Shown: positions 9,134 through 18,467 of the stretch, piece after piece
Layout of the letters: each line of letters starts with the position of its first letter
Position numbering within the stretch: position 1 is the stretch's first letter
Virus record (IMG/VR): IMGVR_UViG_3300022666_000111
Strand: one strand, 5' to 3'
Length of the DNA: 64,000 nucleotides
Origin: a virus
Lineage: Duplodnaviria; Caudoviricetes
The notes under the pieces: generated by a model
The model's input: the letters and a program-made list of their open reading frames with translations, nothing else
Databases searched by the model: none
What the model was told of the DNA's origin: nothing
Translations under genes and position numbers: made by a program

Positions 9134-10233
9134 CCGCGTTGGTTAATGTCGAGGTCGTCGACAGAGGCGTGCTCTTTGCGGTCCGTCACAGCCCATCCGA
9201 TCGCGGGACGGACCGTGTTCGCCTCGGCGTCATGATGGGCGCCAACGAATCCCCCGAAGAAGCTCATCGGAAAGACCTGCGTGTAGTAGATCCAGCGGAA
9301 GGGTACGCTACACAGCCCCGAGGGGACCGCTTCGGTCGTCATACCGTGGAAGCAGCCCCGATCGTTCTGCCATTCCACAGCGTATTTGTTGAGGCAGAAT
9401 TCGCCCCCATCACGGCCGTAGTTCTTGACGTAGGGAAAGAAGGCGCAGACAGCCCCATTGATGTAGGGGCCGCCTGATCCGCCGCCCTCCTTGAAGAAGC
9501 TCTTCCAGAAGGCGAGGTCAGGGTGCCCCTTGGAAGCCTTGACGAATTCCCCGAGGACGATCGTCAGGCTCCGAACCCAAGGGGCCAGGGCTTCATCGAA
9601 TTCCGTGAGGCGCATCGCTCGGTGGACAAGGTTGGCCCAGTCAGCGGGCTCTCCAAGGAGCGTGATGTCCGGGATGCCACACCGGGTCCGGCAACCGTAA
9701 TCGAAGTAGGCTTTGACCGTGTCCATGAGGACGACTTCGGAGGCGGCCTTCTCGATGGGGCCGGTGGTGGAGAAGTCAGAGACGATGAGGCCCCGGGTAT
9801 CCCCGATGTACTCCGCGATCCGATCAGAGAATTCCGCGAAGCCCCCCATCCAGTCATTGTCGGCGGAGCCCTTAACGAATTCGTTGCGCTGAATCTCGAT
9901 GTACTTCTTGCCGTCGTGCTGGACGAACTTGCGTCGGAGCGCCTCGGCGTTGACGTTGACGTGGCAGGAGAAGCCTTGGGCAATGGCGATCCACACGTCG
10001 TCGGGCGAGAGGATGAGGTGTTGGTGGTTCGCAAAGGCCGTGTAGCAGGCTTGAAGGAAGCCGTTCATGGCGTTGCCATACTCACCTGGCACGATGATGT
10101 TGGGCTTGTCGATGTTGCAGCCCGCCGCTTCGGGCAAGAATTTGGTGATCGTTTGGATGTTGGACCGAACGTCAGGGTTCGTCAGAGGTGCTCGGCCGGG
10201 GGAGAGCGTTTGGATCTTGAAGGTGGTCGTCAT
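9130..10233 (-). CDS. DUF4419 family protein
   Basis: AFANHQHLILSPDDVWIAIAQGF.CHVN.NAE.LR..FV.H.GK, CGIP.ITLLG...DW; GGTGTAG-N9-ATG. Confidence 0.8.
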   Translation of the reverse strand: MTTTFKIQTLSPGRAPLTNPDVRSNIQTITKFLPEAAGCNIDKPNIIVPGEYGNAMNGFLQACYTAFANHQHLILSPDDVWIAIAQGFSCHVNVNAEALRRKFVQHDGKKYIEIQRNEFVKGSADNDWMGGFAEFSDRIAEYIGDTRGLIVSDFSTTGPIEKAASEVVLMDTVKAYFDYGCRTRCGIPDITLLGEPADWANLVHRAMRLTEFDEALAPWVRSLTIVLGEFVKASKGHPDLAFWKSFFKEGGGSGGPYINGAVCAFFPYVKNYGRDGGEFCLNKYAVEWQNDRGCFHGMTTEAVPSGLCSVPFRWIYYTQVFPMSFFGGFVGAHHDAEANTVRPAIGWAVTDRKEHASVDDLDINQRG

Positions 10234-10489
10234 GGACCGTAGCTACACCAACCTCACGGTAGCCCTCGTAGAAACGAAGCTCTTGCTTGGGAGAAACGTG
10301 CAGATTCTTGTCGCAGATGAATTCAAACTCCGCCTCGAACGGAATGCCTTGCTCCACAGCCCCGTCGTGATGGATCCGGATGCTTCGGGCAACCTGGTCG
10401 ATCAGAGTGGTGCAAGAATAGGGGAATACCGGTGGCATTCCGCGTCCCCCGTCAATGAGCTTGTGGAACTTGGCAACGACTCTCGTCAT
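10172..10489 (-). CDS. hypothetical protein
   Basis: ATGA coupling to the HNH gene. Confidence 0.5.
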   Translation of the reverse strand: MTRVVAKFHKLIDGGRGMPPVFPYSCTTLIDQVARSIRIHHDGAVEQGIPFEAEFEFICDKNLHVSPKQELRFYEGYREVGVATVHDDHLQDPNALPRPSTSDEP

Positions 10490-10809
10490 CCGTTTCTCCC
10501 AAAGTGGCGCTTGTCCTTGCGGAACTTAACCCGGCCGCCAGGATCCTGCTTCGCGATGAAGAGGATCATGCGCTTCAGACGATCGTCCGCCATAAGGGCA
10601 TCCACGGTGTTGTAGGCGCGCTCGAGGTCCTTGTTGGGGAAGACCTCATGGACGGCGCGGTGACAATCACGGCAGAGGGTCAGGGTATCCTTGCCTCCGC
10701 GACACTTGGGGATGAGGTGGTGATCCGTGGGGTGTAGGTTGGGGCGCTTGCAGAGAGGGCAAGGGGCTACTCGTCCATCACTTTGCGCCATCGGTGTGCT
10801 GTGAGCCAT
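10486..10809 (-). CDS. small HNH endonuclease
   Basis: CPLCKR..TDHHLIPKCRGGKDT.TLCRDCHRAVH. Confidence 0.8.
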   Translation of the reverse strand: MAHSTPMAQSDGRVAPCPLCKRPNLHPTDHHLIPKCRGGKDTLTLCRDCHRAVHEVFPNKDLERAYNTVDALMADDRLKRMILFIAKQDPGGRVKFRKDKRHFGRNG

Positions 10810-11072
10810 GCTTGTACTCCGCGTAGGACTACACCACCAACGCTCACGGCGAGAATGGCCACGACAGTGTCCTGTGAGGACCGTCCCGCCATAGAGAACC
10901 CGATGGCTGTGAGGATCTGCACGCCCGCAAGGGCCATAGCGGACGCCCACGTCATCTTCGACGCGATCATGTCAATGGTGAGATAAAGCGATAGGGTCGT
11001 GTGGGATCGCGATAGGTCGCCATCGATAATGACGATGCGTCCTTCATTGGGCTGCGGCATACGCGCCTCCAT
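10767..11072 (-). CDS. hypothetical membrane protein
   Basis: Two hydrophobic segments. Confidence 0.5.
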   Translation of the reverse strand: MEARMPQPNEGRIVIIDGDLSRSHTTLSLYLTIDMIASKMTWASAMALAGVQILTAIGFSMAGRSSQDTVVAILAVSVGGVVLRGVQAWLTAHRWRKVMDE

Positions 11073-11092
11073 ACGGTGTAGAAGTTCGTGGC

Positions 11093-11548
11093 ATGATAAT
11101 CGATCTCAATAACGAAATCCCAAGCATCCATCTCAATGAGGATCTTCGTGCGGTCATCGTCCGGTACACACGGCGCGAGGCCCCGGAGGACTTCGTCGCG
11201 AAGCTCGGGGTGATGGAGGTCAAGAAGATTTGGAATACGGAGGCGTACCAGGTCACCGCCCGCCCAGAGATCCTTGACGAGGCAGGGCGAATCGACCGTT
11301 GGCTCTTCACGAGACTCTTCCCTCGAGGGTACAGCTCAAATGAGCTGTTCGAGGACGTGATCCAGATCGACATCCACCATCCACTACGTTCGCCGCGCAT
11401 CGTGATCACACGAGACCAGCAAGAGCTGGTCCAGATAAGCCTCACGGATCCTATTGACCTGTGGGACGGCCAGAAGATCCTCGAGCCTAAGACAGATGTT
11501 TACGATCGGCTGCGAGATGGGGTTGATCTTCTGGAGGATAAGGCATAG
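11093..11548 (+). CDS. hypothetical protein with acidic C-terminal tail motif
   Basis: GGTGTAG-N11-ATG; ends PKTDVYDRLRDGVDLLEDKA. Confidence 0.7.
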   Translation: MIIDLNNEIPSIHLNEDLRAVIVRYTRREAPEDFVAKLGVMEVKKIWNTEAYQVTARPEILDEAGRIDRWLFTRLFPRGYSSNELFEDVIQIDIHHPLRSPRIVITRDQQELVQISLTDPIDLWDGQKILEPKTDVYDRLRDGVDLLEDKA

Positions 11549-11555
11549 GACGATC

Positions 11556-11882
11556 ATGGACTTCGATGATGATTGGGAAGCACTGCGTGAAAGCTCCTAC
11601 CCTGACTTTGTAGGCGAGCGTGGCCCATACGGTGAAGGGCATGTCTTCTCTATCCAGGATGGTATCAAGACCGAGATTCCACCGCCTGAATTCGGCTTTG
11701 ACTGGGGCAAGCCCAGCATGGGCGCAACCTACCTCACGACCGTCATCCTCCAAAGGGTGTTGGGTCCGGGAAAGGTAAGCGAGCTGCACGGCATCTTTCG
11801 TTTGGTCGTGCATGGGCTGCCTGAGAATTCTTGGAGGATTACGCGCAAGGACGTGCTGGAGGCGCTTGACGGGCTAATCTAG
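11556..11882 (+). CDS. DUF6166-like protein
   Basis: GFDWGKPSMGATYL..IL..W.IT; TTGATC-N13-GGCATA-N8-ATG. Confidence 0.55.
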   Translation: MDFDDDWEALRESSYPDFVGERGPYGEGHVFSIQDGIKTEIPPPEFGFDWGKPSMGATYLTTVILQRVLGPGKVSELHGIFRLVVHGLPENSWRITRKDVLEALDGLI

Positions 11883-12161
11883 GCGACGAAGGACATCCAT
11901 GAGAATCCCGTCGCAGAGCCCCATGTTGCCACAATCGTGTTGGACGGAGAATCTGTCACAGGAGAGGTCAACGGAGATGCGTATCTCGTAGACCTCACGC
12001 TCTACGGCGGGGTTCGGGTCCTTGCCCGAGCCGATCTGGGAGTGAAGGAAGTCCGTGATAAGCTCGCCCCGAACCTCGGGCTTCACGTTGGTACGCGCCT
12101 CGTCCCAAGTGAATGACCCGTCCTTCATGTCGTACCGCAGAGTCATTACGAGATCGCTCAT
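11874..12161 (-). CDS. hypothetical protein
   Basis: ATGA coupling. Confidence 0.6.
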   Translation of the reverse strand: MSDLVMTLRYDMKDGSFTWDEARTNVKPEVRGELITDFLHSQIGSGKDPNPAVEREVYEIRISVDLSCDRFSVQHDCGNMGLCDGILMDVLRRLD

Positions 12162-12454
12162 GAGGCACCTACCTTAATGGGGACAGGGGGTGTGACGTCG
12201 AAAGAGGTCGCCTTGCCGCAACACGGGCAGACCCAGGTGTAGATGCCCTCTTCCGGACTATCCGTGGAGGGGCGTATGTTGAGAGGGATGTCAGGCAAGC
12301 CGTAAGGGTTGACACTATCGTGGCGGCACGTGCAATAGACCAGAAACCCCTGCGTTCGGAGTGTCTCCTTGACCCGCCACCGTGCGTAGCGTCTGAGCCG
12401 CCACATCAGGTGCCAAAATTGGACCTTGTACCAAACAGCCTCGAGTATGCTCAT
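12158..12454 (-). CDS. zinc-ribbon-like protein
   Basis: CTC..CPCC; GGTGTAG-N9-ATG. Confidence 0.6.
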   Translation of the reverse strand: MSILEAVWYKVQFWHLMWRLRRYARWRVKETLRTQGFLVYCTCRHDSVNPYGLPDIPLNIRPSTDSPEEGIYTWVCPCCGKATSFDVTPPVPIKVGAS

Positions 12455-12498
12455 GCCGTGTAGCTACACCGAATGGGATGGTGTAGTAGTGGGATCGT

Positions 12499-13581
12499 AT
12501 GCCAGATCCTGCTGATGCCATTGCTGACGCCATCGCCGAGGCTATCTCCGAGCTTGGGGGTGATCCGTCCACAGCTATCGTCACGGACTACCACGTGGAG
12601 TACCCTCCTGGGGGTCCCGTCGTTGTGGAAGCCCCCGTGGAGTACACCGAGACAAGGACTCTCCCAGAGCGGATCTTTTCGATCGGGAGCGAGCTTCCGA
12701 TCGAGCACATCCCGGGGAGGGCCACGGGGACCCTTCAGGTTCAAGGGACGCGGGTTGACTCGCAAGCCTTGGAGCGGCTTCTTGGGGCAGGTGAGCCCGG
12801 CATCCTCCGAGGGATGCCGCAGATCTTCAGCACGATCGATGATGAGGCACACTTCGGGGAGGCCATCCGTGAGGGGCTTGGTGTCAACGAGCCTCCGCCC
12901 AACCGCCCCGGGGAGCCTCCCGAGGGGGCCAACGCCAACGGGGACCTCCTCCCGATCACGTCGTTCACCCGGCAGCCATTGCCGTTGGAAGATCCTACCA
13001 CTGCGCAAATCCGTCGAGAGATCGAGGCGTCTGAGGACGCGGAGATCTTCCGGACCCTTGAAGCCGTGGCTCAAAACGGATTCGACCGTCCAAACTTCGG
13101 CATTGGTGCCAGGGTGCAGCAGATGGTCCGGGATATCGAGGACGCCCGCGTCAACCAGCTCCTGAGCAACATCGATGGGCCTACGCCGAGTTGGGTTGTG
13201 AACCCAGCGGATCCCAACGCCCGAGTGTCGCCGCCAATCCCGCCCCCAATCCGGGCCGAACGCGTCACCATGCCCTTGTTCGAAATAGCCTCCAACCCGT
13301 CGATCCCCCTCACGGCGATCCAGGCGAGGCGTTTCAACTTGATCGACCGTGAGCCTCCGAAGTTCGAGGTAGGTGAGTGGGTCACCTACACACACGGTGA
13401 GGGCTTCATCTACAAGGTCCTCGAGGTTGCTGAGAAGACCGTCACGGTTCAATGCTGGAACGAAGAGGTCTGGGACCTTGTGGGCTTGTTGGTGGTAGTG
13501 CCTCGAGAGGACTGCCACCACTCCCCGGCGCCCGTCAAGAACGTCTGGCAGCGCCTGATGGAAGAAGAGGACCTCTTCTAG
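12499..13581 (+). CDS. mosaic protein: tail-tube-like and capsid-like segments plus acidic tail
   Basis: RVTMPLFEIASNPSIPLTAIQARRFNLIDR; REIEASEDAEIFRTLEAVAQNGFD; ends NVWQRLMEEEDLF. Confidence 0.7.
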   Translation: MPDPADAIADAIAEAISELGGDPSTAIVTDYHVEYPPGGPVVVEAPVEYTETRTLPERIFSIGSELPIEHIPGRATGTLQVQGTRVDSQALERLLGAGEPGILRGMPQIFSTIDDEAHFGEAIREGLGVNEPPPNRPGEPPEGANANGDLLPITSFTRQPLPLEDPTTAQIRREIEASEDAEIFRTLEAVAQNGFDRPNFGIGARVQQMVRDIEDARVNQLLSNIDGPTPSWVVNPADPNARVSPPIPPPIRAERVTMPLFEIASNPSIPLTAIQARRFNLIDREPPKFEVGEWVTYTHGEGFIYKVLEVAEKTVTVQCWNEEVWDLVGLLVVVPREDCHHSPAPVKNVWQRLMEEEDLF

Positions 13582-13913
13582 GTCGGCCACGGTCCTGCGT
13601 CCTCCAATTCCTCGGCGGTTAGCTGCCGCATGTCGGGGCGCATGACCTTGAGCCCACCCTTGGCTTGTATCAGCACACCAACGGCGCAGGGGAGGCCCTT
13701 CTTGGCCAGGAAGTCATAGTCTATGTCGGCGTTGCCGTAGGCGTAGCAAGGGGACTTCTTGAACCACGGCTCGTCATGGACAGCGCATGACGCAACGGAG
13801 CCTTCGAACTTGAGGTGGGGGCAGAGACCTTCACCCTTGAGGAGGGCTCTACCGTTGACGTTGATGACGACCGGCATGGTGCAGCAGCAAAGGCCGCAGC
13901 GTTGACACTTCAT
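13578..13913 (-). CDS. CxxCxxCC (YkgJ-like) cysteine cluster protein
   Basis: CQRCGLCC..CPHL..C.VH..C; TTGATC-N13-GGCATA-N8-ATG. Confidence 0.7.
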   Translation of the reverse strand: MKCQRCGLCCCTMPVVINVNGRALLKGEGLCPHLKFEGSVASCAVHDEPWFKKSPCYAYGNADIDYDFLAKKGLPCAVGVLIQAKGGLKVMRPDMRQLTAEELEDAGPWPT

Positions 13914-13946
13914 GTCCTATGTATGCCGGAGGCTTGCTGGGATCAA

Positions 13947-14138
13947 CTACCAAGGTTGGGCGCGAAGGGCGGCTGGGCTTGGCGGCACGCAATACCAGAT
14001 GTGCCCACACTTGTTGCATTTGAGCTGCTTGTAGGGCGGTGTTGCGGGTTCTGCCTGGATGGGGCCGGGAGCAGCGCATTTCGGGCAGGGAGGGTCGCTA
14101 CACGGTGGATTGCTTGGGGGAACGATAGGCTTGTTCAC
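13947..14138 (-). CDS. small zinc-ribbon protein
   Basis: CPKC..CNKCGHIW. Confidence 0.55.
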   Translation of the reverse strand: MNKPIVPPSNPPCSDPPCPKCAAPGPIQAEPATPPYKQLKCNKCGHIWYCVPPSPAALRAQPW

Positions 14139-14266
14139 AGATCCCTCCAGCTTGCTCCGAAGAGGTCGCGAAGCTCATCACGACCAGCTTCGGGCTCGTC
14201 ATTTTTGACGCAGGGGCGGTTGAATAGGAGTCGAAGGCGATTCCAGAGGCGGGAAAGGAGAAGCAT
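14135..14266 (-). CDS. 43-aa peptide
   Basis: GGTGTAG-N8-ATG; stop overlaps next start. Confidence 0.45.
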   Translation of the reverse strand: MLLLSRLWNRLRLLFNRPCVKNDEPEAGRDELRDLFGASWRDL

Positions 14267-14284
14267 GTCGGTAGCTACACCATC

Positions 14285-15697
14285 TCAAGGAAGGCTGACA
14301 GGTTGAGGTGTGACTTTGTCCACGCTTGTAGTATCCCCGAGCTGTCCCTTGTCGTTCAAGCCCCAGCAGTACAAGGTCTCATCCCGTATCCCGCAAGAGT
14401 GTCCACCTCCGGCGAAGACACTATCCCAGAGGTAGCCTCCAGCGACGGCCGTAGGGGTCGATTTGTTGGCGCAGGTATATGGGGGCGGGTCAGGGCAAGA
14501 TGAGCCGTCCCCAAGCTGCCCCCATTGGTTGTGGCCCCAGCAATAGGCTGTGTAGTCTGCCTTCAGACCGCAGGTGAAGACCTTTCCCGCGCTTATGCCC
14601 AACCAAACGTCGCCGACCTGAACGGGGGCTGTCTGTATGTCGAGGGTCCCATTACCAATCTGCCCGGCGCGGTTATCGCCCCAGCAGAAGAGGTGGCTAT
14701 CACTCCTCCGAGCACACGCGTGGATCCAGTACGCCGAAACCTTCTGCCACGTGCTTGTCCCAACCTTGGTGGGCACGAGCTTGGGCGCGGCGTCAGCAAG
14801 ACCAACACCCAGCTCGCCGTAGGTGTTATCGCCCCAACAGTACAGGGAGCCATCGAGCTTGAGGCCACAAGTGAAGTCCTTACCAACAGACACTGAGGCC
14901 CAATCAGATCCTACCAAGCGGGGCACGCTCGTCACGCCCTCGCAGGTATAGGGTGAAGCGGAGCATTGGGTGCCGTCTCCGACTTGGCCGAAGCTATTAG
15001 CTCCCCAGCAGAAGAGCTTCTTGTCGGCCCGGATGGCGCAGGTGTGGCGCCATCCTGCACTTACACTCAGCCAGGTGTCCGAGCCTATCTGCACAGGGGT
15101 CATCGCTGTGTTCGTCGTCCCGTCCCCAAGCTCTCCGTTGACGTTGTAACCCCAACAGAAGAGCTTCCCATTCGTTTTGATTCCGCAGGTATGGTAGCCC
15201 GCTGACACGGTGAGCCATTCCGAATCGTCGACCTTCACGGGGGCGTACTTCGTCTCCGTCGACCCTATCCCGAGCATTCCGTAGACGTTGTAGCCCCAGC
15301 AGGAGAGGGCCTTACCTTTGATGGCGCAATTGTGGTAGAACCCTACTGACAGGGTGATCCCTACGGGGGTGACGACGGCTGCGTCAGCATCGACATCGGC
15401 CGCGTCAGGTGTGTCCGCGTCAACGTCAGCCTCGGCTTCAATGGCGGCATCAGCGTCGGTGAGCGCGTCGGCCTCATAGGTGTCGAGGGTCACGTCAGGG
15501 GGATTTGCGTCCGGGAGCGTGGTGTCCGTCACAACGTCAGGTACTTCAGGCGCCGAAGCGTCCACCTCCTTCGCATCCAAGGCGGCGTCCGTTAGGTCTG
15601 CGGGGGCTCCCCCTGTGTAGCCGTCGAGGGGCTCGAACAAGCGACACGCAGGCAGCGCGAAGCAGAGCAACCCGATGAGAGCTGTGTTGCGCGGCAT
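14285..15697 (-). CDS. RCC1/BLIP-II repeat beta-propeller lipoprotein
   Basis: Lipobox LPAC, Asp/Ala-rich linker, seven repeats of H.C.....L.CWG.N..G.LG.G. Confidence 0.9.
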   Translation of the reverse strand: MPRNTALIGLLCFALPACRLFEPLDGYTGGAPADLTDAALDAKEVDASAPEVPDVVTDTTLPDANPPDVTLDTYEADALTDADAAIEAEADVDADTPDAADVDADAAVVTPVGITLSVGFYHNCAIKGKALSCWGYNVYGMLGIGSTETKYAPVKVDDSEWLTVSAGYHTCGIKTNGKLFCWGYNVNGELGDGTTNTAMTPVQIGSDTWLSVSAGWRHTCAIRADKKLFCWGANSFGQVGDGTQCSASPYTCEGVTSVPRLVGSDWASVSVGKDFTCGLKLDGSLYCWGDNTYGELGVGLADAAPKLVPTKVGTSTWQKVSAYWIHACARRSDSHLFCWGDNRAGQIGNGTLDIQTAPVQVGDVWLGISAGKVFTCGLKADYTAYCWGHNQWGQLGDGSSCPDPPPYTCANKSTPTAVAGGYLWDSVFAGGGHSCGIRDETLYCWGLNDKGQLGDTTSVDKVTPQPVSLP

Positions 15698-15770
15698 CGT
15701 CTCTTACTACACTGGACGATGAAGTGAATTGTTGAGGGAAGGGAAGATTGAAGGGAGGAAGGTCAGGGGG

Positions 15771-18098
15771 TCAGATCTTGACCTCGACCTCACGGAGGGT
15801 AGCGGTGCAGGTGAGCTTCTGACCGTCGGCCGTGATGTCCAAGGTGTTCTCGTCAAGCGTCGCGAATTCGGTGAACCAAATCTGACCGACGATGATGGCG
15901 AACTTGATCTTGGCCATCTCCGAGATGAGCTTGCGCACCTCGGTGGTCGCGGCCTTGACCTCACCGTCGATCCAGGCTTCGAAGAGCTTGTCCTGGTTCG
16001 CGGCATTGACGTAGACGTCCGAGGCAAGGAAGCCTTCGACCTTCTCGATGATCGGCTTCATGAGGGCGGCGCCCGCGTTGAGCTTGCCCTTGGCTGCCTG
16101 CTTCTTGAACTCGTTCATGCTCGGGATCGCGGAGAGGCCCTTGATCGCGAGCTTCAGCTCCTTCGCCATGTACACGTCGGTCGCCTCGGCTTGGACCTGC
16201 TTGGGGGAGAAGCCGCTGTAGTCCGTGAAGCCCTGCTCCTTGAGCCATGCGGCGGCGTCGACGCCATAGAGGACCTCGTAGCCTTCGGAGGTGCGGGGGA
16301 ACCGCTCCTTCTTGACGGCGTTGAGGACCTTCTGGGCCGCGCGGGCCTTCGTCAAGGCGTATTCCTTCTCGAAGAGCGCCTTGGCGGAGCAAGCCTTGAC
16401 CATGTTCCGGTTGATGATCGGCATCTCGGTCAAGTCGAACACGAGGTCGACGGGCTTGCTGGGGTCGGTGTACCAGCTCTGGTCGAGCGTTTCGCCTTTG
16501 GGCGTGTGGGCGCAGGTGGGGCTCATACCAGCGTCGCGGAGCTTCTTGATCGTCGCCGGGGTGACGCGGACCGGGAGCGCCTTGACGTTCACGAGCCCAT
16601 CCTTGACGATCGCGTAGTTGCGGAAGATGAAGGTCGGGAAGCTGCGGGGCAGCTTGGGGAATTCACCGTCCTTGACTCGCCCGGAGATATCCACCGTGCC
16701 GGTCTTGCGGACCAACACGCTGATGTTGGGCTTTTCCTCGTTGTAGGTGAGGTTCGAAATGGCGTAGCCGGAACCGTCACCCTTGTCTTCGACGAACTTG
16801 AGTGCGTCTTGCTTGCTCGAGGTGATGGCGGCGATTTCCTGGGCCAGGGAGGCGATCTTCTTGACGTCCTTGGTCTTGCCCATCTCCTCGGTGAGCTTGT
16901 TGACCTTCTCCTGCTCCTCGGCGGAAAGGTTCTCGGAGGCGTCAACCCTCGCCCGGCTGATCCGGTTGTACTTGAACTCAGGGTGGTCCAAGAGCAAGCA
17001 GGCGTCGTCGTCGGCGAGGATCTCCAAGAGCTGGAGGACCGTGAAGGCGTCGTCCGGGGGAACCTGGCTGGGATCGAAGCCCAGGGTCAGGCGCCCTTTG
17101 GGGTCGAACGCGGCGGCCTTAGCGCGCTCCATGAAGGCGCTGTAGCGTTGCTTGCCGAAGCACCCGCCGAATTCCTTGATGAAGCTGACGTCGCCGGTTG
17201 CCTTGAGCAAGGGGAGGACAACCTCGGGCTTCATGCGGACGCTGAAGAGGCTGATCGCGGCGTAGAGGGCCGGGATGGGGTCAGCCATCTTGCCGCTCGT
17301 CTCGGTCGGGGTGAGGTACAGGACCTCCGACACGCTTTCGGGGACCAGGATCTTGCCGTCCTCGACCGTGAAGGTCAGGAGGTCGTCGCCAGCCATAGCG
17401 AAAGCGAACCCGCCGATGACGTCGCCCTTGATGTTGACTTCGACCTTCTTGACGCCAGCGATCTTGCGCTGCATGGCGGCCTCGAAGGCGGGCTGGTAGG
17501 TGTCGAAGTGCTCGGCGAAGATGTGGGCGCCACCGGCCTTCTCTGCCATCGCGGCCAAAAGGGGGCGGTCGGCGTAGTAGCCGTACTCAACGATCGTCGT
17601 TGCGGCAAGCCCACCGGCTGCCTTCTCGATCGCCTTGAGGATCTCGGCGCGGCTCCATTGGTTGTCACATCCATCGCTCATGAAGAAGAGGCTGAAGGCC
17701 GTTCCGGGGCGCTTCTTGCCAATGCGGTCGACCAGCTTGGCGGCCTCCTCGAGGGGCTCCTTGAATCCGGTCAAGCACACCGGCTTGAGCCAGCGATCGA
17801 TCGCCTGGTTGACGGCGGAAAGGTCCGCGAGGGTCGCCACCGGCTCGGCCTCAAGCAGGGTCCCGAATTGCCCGCGCCCGGAGAACCACACGATGCTGAT
17901 CGTGTCCTGGTCGCCGAGGAGCTTGGGGAGCTTCTTCTTGAGCTGTTCGCGAATCTTTGGCAACTCACCGTACATCGAGCCCGAGCAGTCAATCACGACG
18001 ATGTGGTTGGTCGGGGGCGGCTTGACGGTGGTAGCGGGCTTGGTGGAAAGCAGAACCGAGGCAAGAAACAGAGAGGCGGTGATGGGGTAGCTTGACAT
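15771..18098 (-). CDS. large vWA (MIDAS) domain protein
   Basis: VVIDCSGSM, T, FMSDG; CAGGAG SD before ATG 18098; strong GC3 bias. Confidence 0.85.
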   Translation of the reverse strand: MSSYPITASLFLASVLLSTKPATTVKPPPTNHIVVIDCSGSMYGELPKIREQLKKKLPKLLGDQDTISIVWFSGRGQFGTLLEAEPVATLADLSAVNQAIDRWLKPVCLTGFKEPLEEAAKLVDRIGKKRPGTAFSLFFMSDGCDNQWSRAEILKAIEKAAGGLAATTIVEYGYYADRPLLAAMAEKAGGAHIFAEHFDTYQPAFEAAMQRKIAGVKKVEVNIKGDVIGGFAFAMAGDDLLTFTVEDGKILVPESVSEVLYLTPTETSGKMADPIPALYAAISLFSVRMKPEVVLPLLKATGDVSFIKEFGGCFGKQRYSAFMERAKAAAFDPKGRLTLGFDPSQVPPDDAFTVLQLLEILADDDACLLLDHPEFKYNRISRARVDASENLSAEEQEKVNKLTEEMGKTKDVKKIASLAQEIAAITSSKQDALKFVEDKGDGSGYAISNLTYNEEKPNISVLVRKTGTVDISGRVKDGEFPKLPRSFPTFIFRNYAIVKDGLVNVKALPVRVTPATIKKLRDAGMSPTCAHTPKGETLDQSWYTDPSKPVDLVFDLTEMPIINRNMVKACSAKALFEKEYALTKARAAQKVLNAVKKERFPRTSEGYEVLYGVDAAAWLKEQGFTDYSGFSPKQVQAEATDVYMAKELKLAIKGLSAIPSMNEFKKQAAKGKLNAGAALMKPIIEKVEGFLASDVYVNAANQDKLFEAWIDGEVKAATTEVRKLISEMAKIKFAIIVGQIWFTEFATLDENTLDITADGQKLTCTATLREVEVKI

Positions 18099-18204
18099 GG
18101 TGTTCTCCTGACGGCAAAGGCGCAACAAGGTTGGTTTTGGGTGGTGGGATGCGCCACACGCCGTTCCCTCCTACTACACCGGACGGTGGCGCCGATCAAT
18201 GAAA

Positions 18205-18432
18205 TCAGGCAGGGGCGATGCTGTTTGCCCGATCACGGAGATCCTCGGACAATTCAGCGACATCGGTGATCTCGGCGTTCAGCATACAGGACTCATCCCA
18301 TCCTCGGCTCGAGTACTTCCGGCCTTGGGCATCGTAGTCCTTGTTGGCATCGTCGAACCCATATCGATAGCGGCTGACCTTGCCACATGCCTGGCAGACG
18401 AAAACCTTTCCATCGGGAGCTTTGTCGTTCAT
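18205..18432 (-). CDS. small zinc-ribbon protein
   Basis: CQACGK; GGTGTAG-N8-ATG. Confidence 0.6.
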   Translation of the reverse strand: MNDKAPDGKVFVCQACGKVSRYRYGFDDANKDYDAQGRKYSSRGWDESCMLNAEITDVAELSEDLRDRANSIAPA

Positions 18433-18440
18433 GCTTGCCT

Positions 18441-18459
18441 CTACACCAGGCTGGTGTAG
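18441..18459. promoter_or_regulatory. back-to-back GGTGTAG motifs (perfect inverted repeat) serving divergent genes
   Basis: CTACACCAG-G-CTGGTGTAG, each half 8 nt from an ATG; similar pairs at 4818-4835, 12464-12486, 46782-46800. Confidence 0.7.
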
Positions 18460-18467
18460 TTCGGGGC

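Noticed and set aside
12451-13590. 379-aa - strand ORF and many similar overlapping ORFs
   Set aside because: Shadows of better supported genes that have promoter motifs, coupling and codon bias.
15729-18095. 788-aa + strand ORF
   Set aside because: Antisense shadow of the GC3-biased vWA gene; unnatural composition and no motifs.
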